DNA of 64,000 nt, taken from NCBI RefSeq assembly GCF_030028105.1, contig NC_092386.1, positions 24,899,721-24,963,720 of the forward strand, read 5' to 3'. Below, piece by piece: positions 63,790-64,000 of the stretch. Every line of letters begins with the position of its first letter. Position 1 is the first letter of the stretch. The translations under genes and the position numbers were made by a program. Below the pieces are notes generated by a model. The model had not been told where the DNA came from. It did not search any database and saw only the letters and a list, made by a program, of their open reading frames with translations. The stretch comes from Mobula birostris (lineage: Eukaryota).

Positions 63790-64000
63790 GATTAGATTTG
63801 GATTCAGATTTATTTATCACATGTACATCGAAACACACAGTGAAATGCATCATTTTCTTTAACAACCTACACACCTAAAGGTGTGCTGAGGGCAGCCCGC
63901 GAATGCCGCTACACATTCTGGAACTAATGAAGCATGCCCACCATGCTTGGCAGGACAACGCAGAACTGAACACCACAAGCAACTAAACAGCAACAAAATA
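63790..64000 (-). mobile_element. Non-autonomous retroelement 3' part (runs off the window)
   Basis: Inverted homologue of 8920-9075. Confidence 0.6.

Overview
Repeat-dense eukaryotic DNA, intronic or intergenic. The repeat inventory suggests a cartilaginous fish, probably a ray; this is inference. No host protein-coding exon could be recognised, and the longest ORFs are transposon-derived. Contents: many CR1 LINE fragments (one 5'-truncated copy keeps a 617-aa open RT frame), Rex1/Babar-like and RTE LINEs, tRNA-derived SINEs, Penelope-like element (PLE) 3' fragments, a decayed ~4.6-kb Gypsy element plus LTR relics, a DD34E Tc1 remnant, several MITEs and repeat-free islands that may be regulatory. 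The most notable signals are structured RNAs inside the repeats: about 9 minimal type-I hammerhead ribozyme motifs in PLE ends (best at 55777-55814) and an HDV-like ribozyme fold at the 5' end of a non-autonomous RTE-related element (22107-22248, minus). Also seen: a composite MITE carrying cargo (3 copies) and a TIR element with a 7-bp TSD. Family names and boundaries were assigned by eye and are approximate.
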